Assembly: GCA_963804955.1 (NCBI GenBank)
Contig: CAWDSQ010000014.1
Span: 211,672 to 275,671 of the forward strand
Source: an uncultured delta proteobacterium
Lineage (GTDB): Bacteria; Desulfobacterota; WTBG01; CAIYCZ01; CAIRTM01
Direction: 5' to 3'
DNA length: 64,000 bases
The notes under the pieces are model-generated. The model did not search any database and was not told the origin of the DNA. It was given only the letters and a program-made list of their open reading frames with translations. Shown in pieces: positions 1 to 8,927 of this stretch (positions within the stretch are counted from its first letter, which is position 1; every line of letters starts with the position of its first letter). Both the position numbers and the translations under genes were made by a program.

Positions 1-8
1 CATTCAGC

Positions 9-1028
9 ATGCCTTTGCTCAATCCTCTTTATATTATTCTGGAGAGCGACGGGGGGGGATTTGATGATGAAAAAGGCGGCGGATTTGTTACACAGGCTTC
101 AACGCTCAGGGAGATGAACAGGTTTACACGGTATATGATGCAGCATGACCGCGTGATGTTTGGCATGTCAATAGTCAGTACTGTTCCAAGATATTTAATG
201 TCAACCTATGAGGATGATCCCCAGTGCTTTCATCTCCCCCGGGAAGATGAAGCCCTTCATTTTATTACCCGCCGTCTTCTGCACTCAGGTGAGCCCGGCA
301 CCTGGGATAAGTATGTGGACACGGAAGAAACCTATGCAAATATAGTAGTCTATTGCCGCGATAAAATGCCGAAAACCATTGAAAGCGTGTTTCAGCACAT
401 ACAGGACTATATAGCCAAAAATCCCGGTCCGCCGGGAGGAAAGTACCGGTTAGCCGGCGGCGCTGTCGGGGTACAGGCTGCAGTTCGCGAAGTCATTGCG
501 GATTCCCAGCTATTGATTCTCATTCTTGCATTGACAGGGGTGTGGCTGTTCAGTGCGCTTGAATTCAAGTCAATCACTGCAGGGCTTATACTTACCATAC
601 CTCTTGCCATTTCCAATGTCCTTACGTTTGCCCTCATGGCTGCCTACCAGATAGGTCTCACGGTTAATACCTTTCCGGTTGCTTCCGTAGGCATTGGGCT
701 GGGGGTGGATTATGGCATCTATTTTGTAGGCCGGCTGATAGAAGAGAAAGAAAAAGGAGGGACACTGACCGAAGCGATATACAGGGCAATAACCACCAAC
801 GGCAAATCTATTATTCAGATAGCAACAACTCTTACGCTCGGACTTGTTTTGTGGGCATTTTCACCTTTAAAATTCCAGGCAGAGATGGGCATTCTGCTGG
901 CTATTCTTTTATTCCTGAATATGCTCGGGGCTCTTTTTCTTGTGCCGGCGCTTATCTGCATTCTTAAACCAAAATTTCTAACTACTATTTATCCTCCTCC
1001 TCAGACGCAGGAAAAGCAATGTGCATAA
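9..1028 (+). CDS. RND/MMPL-family transporter, C-terminal part (gene starts before the window)
   Basis: Six hydrophobic helices with the GIGLGVDYGIY motif typical of MMPL/RND; frame open to the window edge; sits next to DUF1302/DUF1329/YCF48 genes. Confidence 0.9.
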   Translation: MPLLNPLYIILESDGGGFDDEKGGGFVTQASTLREMNRFTRYMMQHDRVMFGMSIVSTVPRYLMSTYEDDPQCFHLPREDEALHFITRRLLHSGEPGTWDKYVDTEETYANIVVYCRDKMPKTIESVFQHIQDYIAKNPGPPGGKYRLAGGAVGVQAAVREVIADSQLLILILALTGVWLFSALEFKSITAGLILTIPLAISNVLTFALMAAYQIGLTVNTFPVASVGIGLGVDYGIYFVGRLIEEKEKGGTLTEAIYRAITTNGKSIIQIATTLTLGLVLWAFSPLKFQAEMGILLAILLFLNMLGALFLVPALICILKPKFLTTIYPPPQTQEKQCA

Positions 1029-1101
1029 CAGGAGATATCGCTGAGCGACAGTTGATTTACCAGCATATGCAAAACAAACAATAAGGTAAGGGGGACTTCC
1101 T

Positions 1102-2715
1102 ATGAAAAAAAAAGTTTTTATTATGGGTGTCATCGCAGGGATGCTGGTAATCTTTTCTGTGCTGCCCCGGAGGTGCGCTGCTACTCTATTCTTTTTGAAT
1201 GAGGACCTCAGGGTAAAGGGGAGCCTGTATGAATTCATGATTTACCGAACAAAATTCAACCCGGATGAACACTACTACCGGGATACCAGATTTGGTCTTA
1301 TGCGTACTAAAGGCACCCTTGAGCTGTTGTATAAAGCGGTTGAGAATGACAAGCTTCAAGTAAATCTATTCGGGTTTTTTCAGTACTGGCGGGAAGCAGT
1401 ACCTGACTTTGATGATGAGTACCGTCACAGTATAGCATCGGATAGCAGAAAAGGATATCAGGGGCCTTTCTTTGATCAGGATGACTGGATCAATGAGGCT
1501 TATGCGGATATTTACTCTGGACCATGGAACATTCGCCTCGGGAAACAGATCGTGTTCTGGAGCGAGGTAGAGATGGTGCGAACCATTGATCGTATCAATC
1601 CCCTTGATTTGCGCTATACCACCCCCGGAATTGACCCGTGGGACGAAATGAAGCTTGGGCTGTGGATGATGCGTGGCTTCTATAATTCTACTCTGCCGGG
1701 TCAGCTTGTTTTCGAAGGGATATGGATTCCGGGTGATTTTGAGGCGGTCAGGACTCCCACCGACGGCACCAGCATGGCCGGTGGCGTTGTTAAACCTCAG
1801 GGGCCTAAGGGCAGCTGGCCCAGGCCATTCGGCCAGAAAGCATTATCCGACCTTTTGTTTGAGCGGTCAAAACCGGCTTGGACCCTCAGCAATTCATCCT
1901 GGGCTTTAAGAGTCAGGGGCAATTCACCGGTCAGCCTTTTCAGAGAGGATTATCTGCTTGACTGGACAGTGAGCTGGTTTCACGGTATGGACACCAGTCC
2001 CGTCGCCCGCACCAGCACCCTCGGTGAACCCAGCGTAACCAATCTAAACCCTAAAACCCTGAATGGCCTTATGGGCAGGAATGCGGTGAGCCGTGTCTTC
2101 GGTCTGAAGCTCCCGCAGGCGCCGCATTACAGGCTTTTCAACTACAAATTTTTTGATGCACTCGGGGCAAGCTGTCAAAGCTTCGTACCGGCATTAGATT
2201 CGGTTGTGCGCGGGGAGTTCTCTTATGAAATCGGCGTTCCCATCAACACAACATTTCCAAAGAGCGTTGAACCATCGGGCGACTTCATAACCGGCAACTC
2301 CGAACGTAACCAGGTGAATGTCGGTATTACTATTGATAAACCCGTTATCATCCCGTGGTTCCAGGAACGCGGGTGGGCCGCATTTGATTGTTCGTTCGGC
2401 TGGAGTGCGCAACGGCGGCTCGGCGATGTCAGTCGCAGATGGTCATCGTTTGGCTGGGGGGACCGGTCCCAGAACAATTTTTCGGTACTGATTAAAGGCA
2501 AATTTTATCATGAAGAGATGCGGCCGGTAATGCGTTTTTTTTACAATACCCGCAACTGGGGCTACGGCGTTCTAGCCTGTCAGTATGCGCCTGGAGAACA
2601 TATGCGCTATGAAGGAGGATATATGTGGCTTTTTGCCAAGGATCCGAGCGATTCAAGTGAAGCCTCAAGCGAAAACGGTGATTTGCTCTATTTACGTATC
2701 GGGTACGAGTTTTAA
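1102..2715 (+). CDS. DUF1302-family outer-membrane beta-barrel protein
   Basis: Signal peptide, EAYAD..IRLGKQIVFW and DRINPLD motifs, C-terminal YLRIGYEF barrel signature. Confidence 0.75.
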   Translation: MKKKVFIMGVIAGMLVIFSVLPRRCAATLFFLNEDLRVKGSLYEFMIYRTKFNPDEHYYRDTRFGLMRTKGTLELLYKAVENDKLQVNLFGFFQYWREAVPDFDDEYRHSIASDSRKGYQGPFFDQDDWINEAYADIYSGPWNIRLGKQIVFWSEVEMVRTIDRINPLDLRYTTPGIDPWDEMKLGLWMMRGFYNSTLPGQLVFEGIWIPGDFEAVRTPTDGTSMAGGVVKPQGPKGSWPRPFGQKALSDLLFERSKPAWTLSNSSWALRVRGNSPVSLFREDYLLDWTVSWFHGMDTSPVARTSTLGEPSVTNLNPKTLNGLMGRNAVSRVFGLKLPQAPHYRLFNYKFFDALGASCQSFVPALDSVVRGEFSYEIGVPINTTFPKSVEPSGDFITGNSERNQVNVGITIDKPVIIPWFQERGWAAFDCSFGWSAQRRLGDVSRRWSSFGWGDRSQNNFSVLIKGKFYHEEMRPVMRFFYNTRNWGYGVLACQYAPGEHMRYEGGYMWLFAKDPSDSSEASSENGDLLYLRIGYEF

Positions 2716-2750
2716 CCGCACACAACATATCCACAGCTAAGGAGGATAGT

Positions 2751-4016
2751 ATGAAAAAAGTTTTCACAGGAATGATTATTTTATTTCTATTCTGGTGTAT
2801 CAGTCTTACACCGGGTTTTGCCGGGGAAGTAAATTTTCCAACCCGCAGCTATGAAGGTGAAGAGCTTGCAAAAGTGCGCGAGTGGGAAAAGACCTGGGCC
2901 GGCAAAAAAGTATCTACTGAAAATATTGATCAGGTCAATGAATTTCTTCATGAAGCTGTAGTAAAAGTCCTCAAAAATCCTAAGGGGTTCGGTGCGGAGT
3001 CTTTGTGGTTCACTATTGCGCCGTATCGGCCATATGCAGTCTCCTCCGGCATGATTGCCGCCACAAAAAAATGTGCGCCTGCAAGCAAGCTTGATAACGA
3101 AGATATGCTGGCAGGGTATAGCGATGTTGCCGGAATCCCCTTTCCACAGCCAAAATCAGGCCTTGAGATGGCATGGAATTTTGCAGGCAATTCCAAAGGT
3201 GACAGTCACCGGGAAAAAAATATCGGAGATGTTGTTAACTGCGGGCAAAAAACCGAGCGGCATGCAGAAATGACCCGCTCGGAGCTGTACTGGATCGGAA
3301 GAGTAGATTCCGATCCGCGCCCCCGCATCCCTGCACAAGAAAACCCGAGGGGCATAGCACGATCATGGTTTCAGCGCAATCAAGCCCCGGTTGATTTTAT
3401 TGACATGTCAGTACTTGAACTTAAATATATTGACCATAAAAAGCAGGAAGATCTATGGGTCTACACACCGATGTTCAGAAGGATCAGGCGTTATACGGCA
3501 AGCCAGCGTACTGACTCAATTGATGGCACCGATATGATCTATGACGATCAGGACGGATGGTACACCCATCTTACCGGCAACACCTATGATTTTAAAGGCC
3601 GGGCGGATCTTCTTGTTGCACGGCATCAGGATGCCGGTCAACTCCAGAGGGTCAAAGGCCAGGCTTTCTGGAACGGTATACAGCGCGAACGGGTTAATCA
3701 CTGGGTCGTTGAAGTTAAAAGCAAGGAGCCGGGATATGTGTACAGCAGACAAATATGGTATCTGGACCCGGAGAACTGGCAGATGAACTTCAAGGTAATG
3801 TACAATCGCAAGGGTGAACTCTGGAAACTGTATGAACTGTTTTATGATGAGCATGCTACCGCATGTGGTGAAAAAACCTCGATATTTACTGCCGAGCAGT
3901 CGCTTGATGTGATTCGCCAACACGGCAGCCCCAATATCCGTGAAGTGACGGACGTGGGAGCATATATACGGCCTGATTTTTTTCAGACACAGAGCCTTAA
4001 CCAAAAATCGTATTAA
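2751..4016 (+). CDS. DUF1329-family periplasmic protein (LolA-like)
   Basis: Signal peptide; GIPFPQPKSGLEMAWN, DLWVYTPMFRRIRR, YNRKGELWK motifs. Confidence 0.85.
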   Translation: MKKVFTGMIILFLFWCISLTPGFAGEVNFPTRSYEGEELAKVREWEKTWAGKKVSTENIDQVNEFLHEAVVKVLKNPKGFGAESLWFTIAPYRPYAVSSGMIAATKKCAPASKLDNEDMLAGYSDVAGIPFPQPKSGLEMAWNFAGNSKGDSHREKNIGDVVNCGQKTERHAEMTRSELYWIGRVDSDPRPRIPAQENPRGIARSWFQRNQAPVDFIDMSVLELKYIDHKKQEDLWVYTPMFRRIRRYTASQRTDSIDGTDMIYDDQDGWYTHLTGNTYDFKGRADLLVARHQDAGQLQRVKGQAFWNGIQRERVNHWVVEVKSKEPGYVYSRQIWYLDPENWQMNFKVMYNRKGELWKLYELFYDEHATACGEKTSIFTAEQSLDVIRQHGSPNIREVTDVGAYIRPDFFQTQSLNQKSY

Positions 4017-4055
4017 ACAAACAATGAGCAGTCAAAGCTATTGTCGAAGGTTATC

Positions 4056-5114
4056 ATGGTGAGAAAAATACAAATAAAAATGTTTCTTATACCGACTGTG
4101 CTTGTCCTGGTTTTAGGCTGTGACAGGTTTGACCGTTCCAAGATACAAATGCCGGCCTTCAACTTTGTCACGAGGGAAAATCTGCACAGCATTGCCCGGG
4201 TTGATAAACAGCATATCTGGGTGAGCGGTAATTACGGGACTATACTGTACAGCGCCGATGGCGGAAAGACATGGGAAAAGCAGGTCAGCGGCATCGCCGA
4301 GGAGCTGCTGGGATGCATATCGTTTGTTAACCCTCAAGAGGGCTGGGCTGCCGGCGTCAGGGGAACAATTGTTCATACGGCTGACGGAGGAAAAACCTGG
4401 GCAGTGCAGCCAAGCGGTATTGAACAGGATATCCATGATATCTTTTTCCTGGACACGCACTATGGCTGGGCTGTTGGCGAGAGCGGAACAGTTTTGCATA
4501 CGGACGACGGGGGCAGGCGCTGGAAACGACAGAGAGAGCCTGAAGACAAATACTTTAATGATGTTTTTTTTGTTGATAGAAAAACGGGATGGATCGCCGG
4601 CGAATTCGGAACAATCCTGCATACTGCCGACGGGGGGTTAACATGGCAGCCACAAGAGTGTTCTGACCTTGCTGCTGTTTTCAAAGATGCCGAATGGGAT
4701 AGGCCGCTGCCGGCGTTGTACGGAATGTGTTTTATTGATGAAAACCGGGGATGGATCGTCGGGATGGATGGTGTCATCCTGAGGACGGAAAATGGCGGAA
4801 AGATATGGTCACTGGAAAAGCCTGTTTCCGACAAGCCCCTGTACTCTATTATAATGCGTGGCGCACAAGGATGGGCGGTTGGAAACGATGGTTTTTATTT
4901 GATGACCGAGAATGGCGGTGATACATGGTCGGTAAAAGACCAGGCTCTAAAAACCAGATTTTGGCTGCGGGCGGTGTCCTTTCAAGATGATAAGCGAGGG
5001 CTTATTGTGGGCGCCCAGGGAACCATTGCGCTTACTGATGATGGAGGCTTTTCCTGGAAGCTCATATCAGGCTACAGCTACGATATGAAAGAATTCGGGC
5101 TGGCCGATTTCTAA
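4056..5114 (+). CDS. YCF48/BNR-repeat beta-propeller lipoprotein
   Basis: Repeated GWAVG..GTILHT.DGG.TW units; lipobox LVLGC. Confidence 0.9.
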   Translation: MVRKIQIKMFLIPTVLVLVLGCDRFDRSKIQMPAFNFVTRENLHSIARVDKQHIWVSGNYGTILYSADGGKTWEKQVSGIAEELLGCISFVNPQEGWAAGVRGTIVHTADGGKTWAVQPSGIEQDIHDIFFLDTHYGWAVGESGTVLHTDDGGRRWKRQREPEDKYFNDVFFVDRKTGWIAGEFGTILHTADGGLTWQPQECSDLAAVFKDAEWDRPLPALYGMCFIDENRGWIVGMDGVILRTENGGKIWSLEKPVSDKPLYSIIMRGAQGWAVGNDGFYLMTENGGDTWSVKDQALKTRFWLRAVSFQDDKRGLIVGAQGTIALTDDGGFSWKLISGYSYDMKEFGLADF

Positions 5115-5146
5115 AGTTAATGTCCGTTATTTTGAAGGAGCATGTT

Positions 5147-6943
5147 ATGAACAGACTAAAGGTGAACAAGCTAATCTGTATTATTCCCTTGGCTGTTTTT
5201 CTTCTGCTGGGTTCATGGTCTTGCGGGTTTCGCAAGGAGAAAATCGGGGTACTGTATGTGCTCCACGGCGGCATGGAGACCAATAATTCTCAAGGCATGT
5301 GGGATGCCGTGGTGCAGCAGTTTTCCTATGACCATAATCATGCCATTTATCAATTCGTTATCTGGGATCCTGCACAGTGGCCAGCTGTTTTGGATCGTAC
5401 AGCAACCGATTTTGCAAGGCGGTTTCTGATAATGTATGAGTTTGGATATGAGCGCATGGGGGGCACCGATCCTTATCCTGACATCAGTGATAAGCAGTTG
5501 GCGCAATTGAAGGCTGAACTGAAAAAAAATACTTGCGGCCTGGACATAAAATTTGAAGTCGACTGGGTTGGTTATTTAAGCGCAGACGATGTTGCGCATT
5601 ACCCGTATCCCCGTTATATTTATAATATCCCCGATAATACTACCGGGTATCCGCCCGTCTCCGGAGTGTCCAAATGCACCTACTGCGGGGAGGGAGATCC
5701 GGACGGCCCCTGGAAGAAATGTGATCCTGAGCGCTACAATACAGACGGGCCGGTAGAGAGGCTGCTTAAAAAGGGGGTCACAAGTATCATTATGGTTGAT
5801 ACGACTACCGGCGGGGTTCGCTTTTCAAAAACCTTTGATGTGGTCCAAATGACCAAGCGGGCTCTCAATAAATGGAACCTGGAACACGATACCTCTATTC
5901 CCCTGATGTGGGTCAATGACCCCAATAATTTAATGGAGCGCTCATATCCAACAAAACCCGAAGGATGGACACGCAGCAAAAAAGCTCCTGAGGTAGACCC
6001 GAAGTTTTCTTTGGAGGGTAATCCCAATCCTGTTGTGGAAGATCCACTGCTGGCTCAATTGCACGTTGAAGGTATAGAAAAGGCCTTTTTCGATTCGGTT
6101 CCTGATAATGCTACCGGTGTCATTCTTTTTAACCATCCAATACACGATTATAATGAGTATTTTGACCCAAAAATTAATGATACCCTTATCGTAAATAAAA
6201 ATATTAAGGCCTTGCTTATTGAGCGGAATCCTGACCTTGAGCCCGCGCATATCATAGGAGCCTATGGAGGGATCCTGGAAATAAATCCGGTTACTGGCCG
6301 TGAGGAACGGACCCGGGAAATGCGCGGAGAAACCTATGGTGCTGCATGGCTTTACGAGAGCGGCAAGCAAATGCCTGGTGAAGAGTGGGGCTACCGGTAC
6401 TGGGATGCTTTAGAATATTTAAAGAACCGTGGTGTTAAGCACATTGTTATTGGGTTTCCTCAGATGATTACCGACAACAATTTAAACCTTATTGAAGTGC
6501 CGAATCAGTTTGCCAAGGAGATCGGTGTAAAAACATGGGCGAAATATAAACTGGGGGATTATACTTTGTACCCGGAAGTCGGTCATCCATTTGCAGACTA
6601 CTGGGGAGTCTGGGTTGATACACAGTGCGGGCAGGAGGAATGCTGCTTTGAAATGGGCGGCTGCAGCGATGGCCGGGCATACCCACCGCCACGACAGGCA
6701 CCAATCGATGCATCCCGCGGAGACTTGGACCCCTCCCTTGCCTTTGACGGGAGCGCCTACGGGCAGCTGGGGTTTGATGTAACCGGGGACAGCGGATTGC
6801 CGGATCCTGAAAAACCAGTACAAGATCAGTACACCGGCACCTGGGATTTATACAGAGCGGCAAATGCCGACCCCCGGCTGGCAAAGCTGCTGGCGCGCCA
6901 TGTATTGGATGCAGCTCTTAAAACGCTCCCACAGGAGGAGTAG
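5147..6943 (+). CDS. Putative lipoprotein with a divergent ferrochelatase (HemH/class II chelatase) fold
   Basis: Ordered HemH-like motifs KIGVLYVLHGG, YERMGGTDP, LKKGVTSIIMV, VILFNHP, LKNRGVKHIVIGFPQMITD..LIEV, NADPRLAKLLA; signal peptide ending SWSC; AAGGAG RBS at 5135. Confidence 0.65.
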   Translation: MNRLKVNKLICIIPLAVFLLLGSWSCGFRKEKIGVLYVLHGGMETNNSQGMWDAVVQQFSYDHNHAIYQFVIWDPAQWPAVLDRTATDFARRFLIMYEFGYERMGGTDPYPDISDKQLAQLKAELKKNTCGLDIKFEVDWVGYLSADDVAHYPYPRYIYNIPDNTTGYPPVSGVSKCTYCGEGDPDGPWKKCDPERYNTDGPVERLLKKGVTSIIMVDTTTGGVRFSKTFDVVQMTKRALNKWNLEHDTSIPLMWVNDPNNLMERSYPTKPEGWTRSKKAPEVDPKFSLEGNPNPVVEDPLLAQLHVEGIEKAFFDSVPDNATGVILFNHPIHDYNEYFDPKINDTLIVNKNIKALLIERNPDLEPAHIIGAYGGILEINPVTGREERTREMRGETYGAAWLYESGKQMPGEEWGYRYWDALEYLKNRGVKHIVIGFPQMITDNNLNLIEVPNQFAKEIGVKTWAKYKLGDYTLYPEVGHPFADYWGVWVDTQCGQEECCFEMGGCSDGRAYPPPRQAPIDASRGDLDPSLAFDGSAYGQLGFDVTGDSGLPDPEKPVQDQYTGTWDLYRAANADPRLAKLLARHVLDAALKTLPQEE

Positions 6944-6985
6944 AAAATACTATACACTATATAAAAACAAACAAAGGAGAGTCCT

Positions 6986-7693
6986 ATGCAAGCAATTCCC
7001 TATTATGAACGCATGATGGAACATCTGGCAAATTTTAATCTGTCTCCCATGAAAGAATATAACGGAGATGATATCACACAGTTTGAATACATTAAGACGG
7101 ACATGATGACGCAACATCTTCGGGCATATAAGGCCGACAAGTTGGACAAAATTGTCACGCTTACCACCGATATCATGGATGGTAAAATATTTGTTTATGG
7201 AACCACAATTGTTCCAACAGATGAATATCCTCTGCCTATTTTTACCTCTGAAATAGTTCCAGCGGTAAACCATCTCAGCTTGCGGGTTGATTTTATTCCC
7301 CTTGCAGATTGTGCACGTGACCTTGATTATATGGAAAAATACATGATGCCCATGGAAGACCTGTGGGAAAAACACAGACCGATAGAAGGCTCAGGCATTG
7401 AGCGCTATACCTGGCAGCGGGTTATGCTTTCGCCTTTTTATTCGTATGGAAAATATAAATATACTATTGAAAATATCGAGGAAACGGCAATGCAGATTAC
7501 TATTGACTATTTGAAACTCTATATAAAACTCTGGTCCGGAGTGCAAAAGGCGGATCCCGGCTATATGAAGTTGCTCAATGAAAGAAAGAGAGTAATGCTG
7601 AATACCATGATGGAGAATGACCCGGGTGAAGGACCTCTGACAAAAGGCTTTGGCAAAGAAACAGCTCACAAAATTCTTTCACTTCTTTTTTAA
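6986..7693 (+). CDS. Ferredoxin-dependent bilin reductase (FDBR) family protein, RCCR/HY2/PebB-like
   Basis: YPLPIFTSE..LRVDFIPL..DYMEKY, RVMLSPF and C-terminal ENDPGEGPLTKGFGKETAHKILSLLF match the FDBR motif order; 235 aa. Confidence 0.75.
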   Translation: MQAIPYYERMMEHLANFNLSPMKEYNGDDITQFEYIKTDMMTQHLRAYKADKLDKIVTLTTDIMDGKIFVYGTTIVPTDEYPLPIFTSEIVPAVNHLSLRVDFIPLADCARDLDYMEKYMMPMEDLWEKHRPIEGSGIERYTWQRVMLSPFYSYGKYKYTIENIEETAMQITIDYLKLYIKLWSGVQKADPGYMKLLNERKRVMLNTMMENDPGEGPLTKGFGKETAHKILSLLF

Positions 7694-7756
7694 ACAAACC
7701 ATATTGTTAAGACCATGCCAGGTGGTGTATAGGGCAAGGCCAGAAAGGGAAGTCAA

Positions 7757-8212
7757 ATGAAAAAAGTAATTTTGTTACTATCTTTCGTGCTCTTTCTTTA
7801 TGCATACCCCGGTTTTGCCGGCGAACAAACCCCAGCACGTGGGGTAGTTGAAGCAACCGGTGTTGACCTTAAACAACAGGTTGTCAGGATACGCGGATAT
7901 GAAGGTGTTTCACCCCTTAACCTTTTTATAGAACCGGGAACGGTGGTTATTTGGCTCAACCAGTATCAAGGGCCGATAAAAATAACCTTCCTTTCAAAAA
8001 AGGTAACACTTGCATGTAAGAGCCCGGTTAATTTCTTTATTAATGAGCAGGGAGTCTTTGAATCAAGCGTTGTCGGGTTTGGCGCGGTTGCCAGTCTTTG
8101 TATGGTTGAATGCGGATCATTTGACTATGTAATAGAGCGATCACCGGCTGATGCCTCTGCAAGATCAGAGGGTTTCAGGTTTGAAGGAAGGATTGTCGTT
8201 AAGAAAAAATAG
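7757..8212 (+). CDS. Exported cupredoxin-like protein lacking canonical type-1 Cu ligands
   Basis: Signal peptide; P..L.IEPGTVVIWLN and GSFDY...GRIVV cupredoxin pattern, with no C-x-x-H..M loop. Confidence 0.55.
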   Translation: MKKVILLLSFVLFLYAYPGFAGEQTPARGVVEATGVDLKQQVVRIRGYEGVSPLNLFIEPGTVVIWLNQYQGPIKITFLSKKVTLACKSPVNFFINEQGVFESSVVGFGAVASLCMVECGSFDYVIERSPADASARSEGFRFEGRIVVKKK

Positions 8213-8226
8213 ATGGAGAATCCTGT

Positions 8227-8769
8227 ATGACAACTCATGAAATAACACCGGAAGAAAGAAAAAAGATAGTGGATGAGGCGCTTATAAAGATGAAGATAAA
8301 AAGAAAAAACCTCTCCCGCGAAGAACTTGAAAAAGAAATCATTGATTATCTCAGTAAAAAACAGCCCTGCAGTTTGGCGACCTGCGGCAACGACTGCACC
8401 CCCCGCATATCGGTAGTAGACTACGTCAATGAGGGTCTTACCATCTATATTCTCAGCGAAGGCGGGGATAAATTCAAAAATCTTGCAGAGAACAAAAAAG
8501 TTGCCATTGGAATCGGTACCGGTGCCAAGGCTTTGAAAACAAGAGGTGTCAATATCCGGGGTATTGCCGAAGTCATTAGCGATGATGCACCCGGGTTTGC
8601 CCATGGTATAAAAGTCATGCAGCCTGTATTGGATGACATGGCAGAGGCATTGGGGTGCCCTTTTAAGTTACCCAAGGGAATACTCAGGCTGATCAAAGTC
8701 ACTCCAACTAAAATAGTTTACCATCATACAATGCGGGGGGTTAAGCATGCTGTTTGGGAAGCATACTAG
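8227..8769 (+). CDS. Pyridoxamine 5'-phosphate oxidase-like FMN-binding split-barrel protein
   Basis: CSLATC..PRIS, KFKNLAENKKVAI, GVNIRGIAE motifs. Confidence 0.85.
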   Translation: MTTHEITPEERKKIVDEALIKMKIKRKNLSREELEKEIIDYLSKKQPCSLATCGNDCTPRISVVDYVNEGLTIYILSEGGDKFKNLAENKKVAIGIGTGAKALKTRGVNIRGIAEVISDDAPGFAHGIKVMQPVLDDMAEALGCPFKLPKGILRLIKVTPTKIVYHHTMRGVKHAVWEAY

Positions 8770-8927
8770 TAAAAAAAAATTGATTTAAAAAAATGAGGGC
8801 TTGCTTCCTTGAGAAGCTTTAGGTTGAAGCCTGCTTAAAGGAAAACCTGGAATGCGGATAATTCCTTTTTCAGAGCTATAACAATAAAAAAATAAGCCCC
8901 GGAAGTATTTACAGTGAAGGAGCATTC

